Below the pieces are notes generated by a model. The model was not told the DNA's origin, did not search any database, and saw only the letters and a list, made by a program, of their open reading frames with translations. Both the position numbers and the translations under genes were made by a program. This document shows, piece after piece, positions 61,791 through 64,000 of a stretch of DNA of 64,000 nucleotides; the stretch's first letter is position 1; each line of letters starts with the position of its first letter. Source of the DNA: the human T2T-CHM13v2.0 reference genome, Homo sapiens. The stretch lies in NCBI RefSeq assembly GCF_009914755.1, contig NC_060929.1; one strand, given 5' to 3'.

Positions 61791-62517
61791 TGGGCAAGTC
61801 AATAGGTCAGAGGTCCTAATAGACAACTGTTAAAAGTAAAATGTTGTTGCTTACACGACTCAAAGGAAAGCATGGGAGCATCCTCTGGCTGCTATGAAAG
61901 TCAAGTTGCTCGGCCAGAAAGTTGAGAGTCAGGGGAGAAGCAGGAAAACTCTAAGAAGGGAGAAGGCTAACAAGGGATAGAAAAGTGAGGCTCCTAATAA
62001 CAAAAACAGCCATGGAGAGATGAAGGAGCTTGCAGGTTTGAAGTGCAGAGAAGAATGCTGGCTCCAAGGAGAAAGAAGAGAGGAGAGCTCTTCAACTAGC
62101 TGCTTAAATCTCCGTTGCCCCTCGGGGCACCTCGATGCCACATTAAAGGCACATCCATCATTGGACAGATCTGCAGTGGAGGCAGGCGCTGGGGCATTTA
62201 GTGAACTGGCCTGCCAGGTTCTGTTTTCTGCTGTAGCCTCTGAGAGCGTGCGTCATCATTGTCACCTAATTCCACTTTATGCTAATCAGGACAGATCATG
62301 GGAAGGCTTAATTGGGAATGACATGAAGCCATTCATTCTACTGCAGTGGAAAACTAAACTATGCTATAGTCGAATATACGAGTTATAACTGAAAATATGT
62401 AACATAAAAGCTGAAGTTTAAAATGCATCCCCAAATGTGCAGTTCAAATTGAAGGAAAACCTTAGCGTATACCTCTAGGGAAATTCTAATTTTCTCTTTG
62501 AACAAACCTGGACAGTG

Positions 62518-62637
62518 TACTTACCTGGCATATAATTGACAAAGAGGGAAGAAAATAAAGAGAAAAGTGGGAAGAGAGATGGAAAGGAAGAAAGAGAGGC
62601 AGGAGAGGAAAAGAGGATGGAAAATATGTATAAATAA
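62518..62637 (-). other. Consensus 5' splice site CAG|GTAAGTA preceded by a polypyrimidine, AG-free zone
   Basis: Plus strand TACTTACCTG at 62518-62527; purine-rich 62541-62620; no CT between 62527 and 62637. Function unproven. Confidence 0.4.
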
Positions 62638-63633
62638 CTGTAATTAGGTGAGTATTGTATTCCTGTTAACTTTAGTGCTTTTAAATAAGACATGATAGAA
62701 AGTTAATGCAACTGGCAGCAATCAACAAGTAACTCATAGAGTCACAAAACTATTTTATGGTTAGTTCAGAGAAAAGACCTTTAAACACAGCCAATACTTC
62801 CACAGTTTTAAATGGCCGATTAAATCCATATGTTTTAGTTTAAATTAGTCAAATTGAACCTCAATTAATCTTCCATTCACCCTAGATTTTCATAAAAATG
62901 ATAAGTAATTGGGAGTTATCATTATTCCTCAGCTTTCTAATATGCCAAATATTTGACAGAATGAGTTAGAATATACATTTCTGGTCAATTCATTGACCTT
63001 TTGGTCCATTCAATGAATGATCCTTTCAGAATGGCAGACTTATCTGAGGAAAGTTAAGCTAATCTACTGTGTGAACAAAATGGAGTTTACCATGTGGGGA
63101 CAGAGATGGTGCCATGCACTCTTTTGTTTTTAACTTTCTTAATAGGTGTTAATATTGCTTTACAATAGCACCAGAATCTTAATCAGAACATTAAGGTACC
63201 ATATAGAAAGAATATTCAATCCCATTATAACTTTAAAGATCAAATGTTTATGTTTCTTATATCTTAATTTCTCTGAGTATCCAAGAGTCTTCTGTCAAAA
63301 CCATGAATGTACGTCCCATCTCTATGCTATCAACTTCTGTTTATAAACACTATGTGAGATTTGAAGTATCTATCCTCTCTTTAAAGCTCTCTTGAAATTG
63401 TATATTCTTCAAGCACTGTCCCCACCAGTGAACACATGGTGAGTAAGTCAAACAAACCTCTAGATGTAGACTTATAAGGTGATGATTTTAGTCCTTATGT
63501 TACTAATGTAGGAATACTACCCTATGTTCTGATTCTTGTTGACAACACAAAGGAGAAAGAGAGTACCACGGAAGAAGGCCATTTTTCCAGAGGAGGGGGA
63601 AATTGCTTGAAAGAGTGAGATTTTGAACTCTGA

Positions 63634-64000
<367 letters not shown>

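Noticed and set aside
62518-62530. TACTTACCTGGCA identical to U1 snRNA nt 2-14
   Set aside because: Similarity stops after 13 nt; better explained as a consensus donor on the opposite strand than as a U1 pseudogene

Overview
This is primate (human or great-ape type) non-coding genomic DNA, AT-rich and intronic or intergenic. I recognise no protein-coding exon; the supplied ORFs derive from Alu, LTR, L1 or low-complexity sequence. The window holds about 39 Alu elements or fragments (J, S and Y), many with visible target-site duplications (TSDs). It also holds an intact 1,440-bp solo ERV9/LTR12 on the minus strand (6049-7488, 4-bp ATGG TSD, promoter facing left), several MaLR LTRs, L1/L2/L3/MIR relics, hAT and Tc1-mariner fossils (MER58B x3, MER44B, Charlie1b, MER102, MER103, MADE1), a 5' fragment of 5S rRNA and several microsatellites. 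I found no convincing new biological system. The best leads are: (i) a minus-strand polypyrimidine tract ending in ATGCCAG|GTAAGTA at 62524, either a recursive splice site or the end of a first exon; (ii) the LTR12 promoter and a candidate downstream non-coding exon at 1325-1411; (iii) signs of Alu-Alu gene conversion, namely a shared 31-nt tract at 23440/23827 and one rare variant shared by three AluYs; (iv) a tailless AluY; (v) repeat-poor, CpG-retaining blocks that may be regulatory. Subfamily calls come from recalled consensus features, and boundaries of ancient repeats are approximate. I could not identify the locus or host gene.
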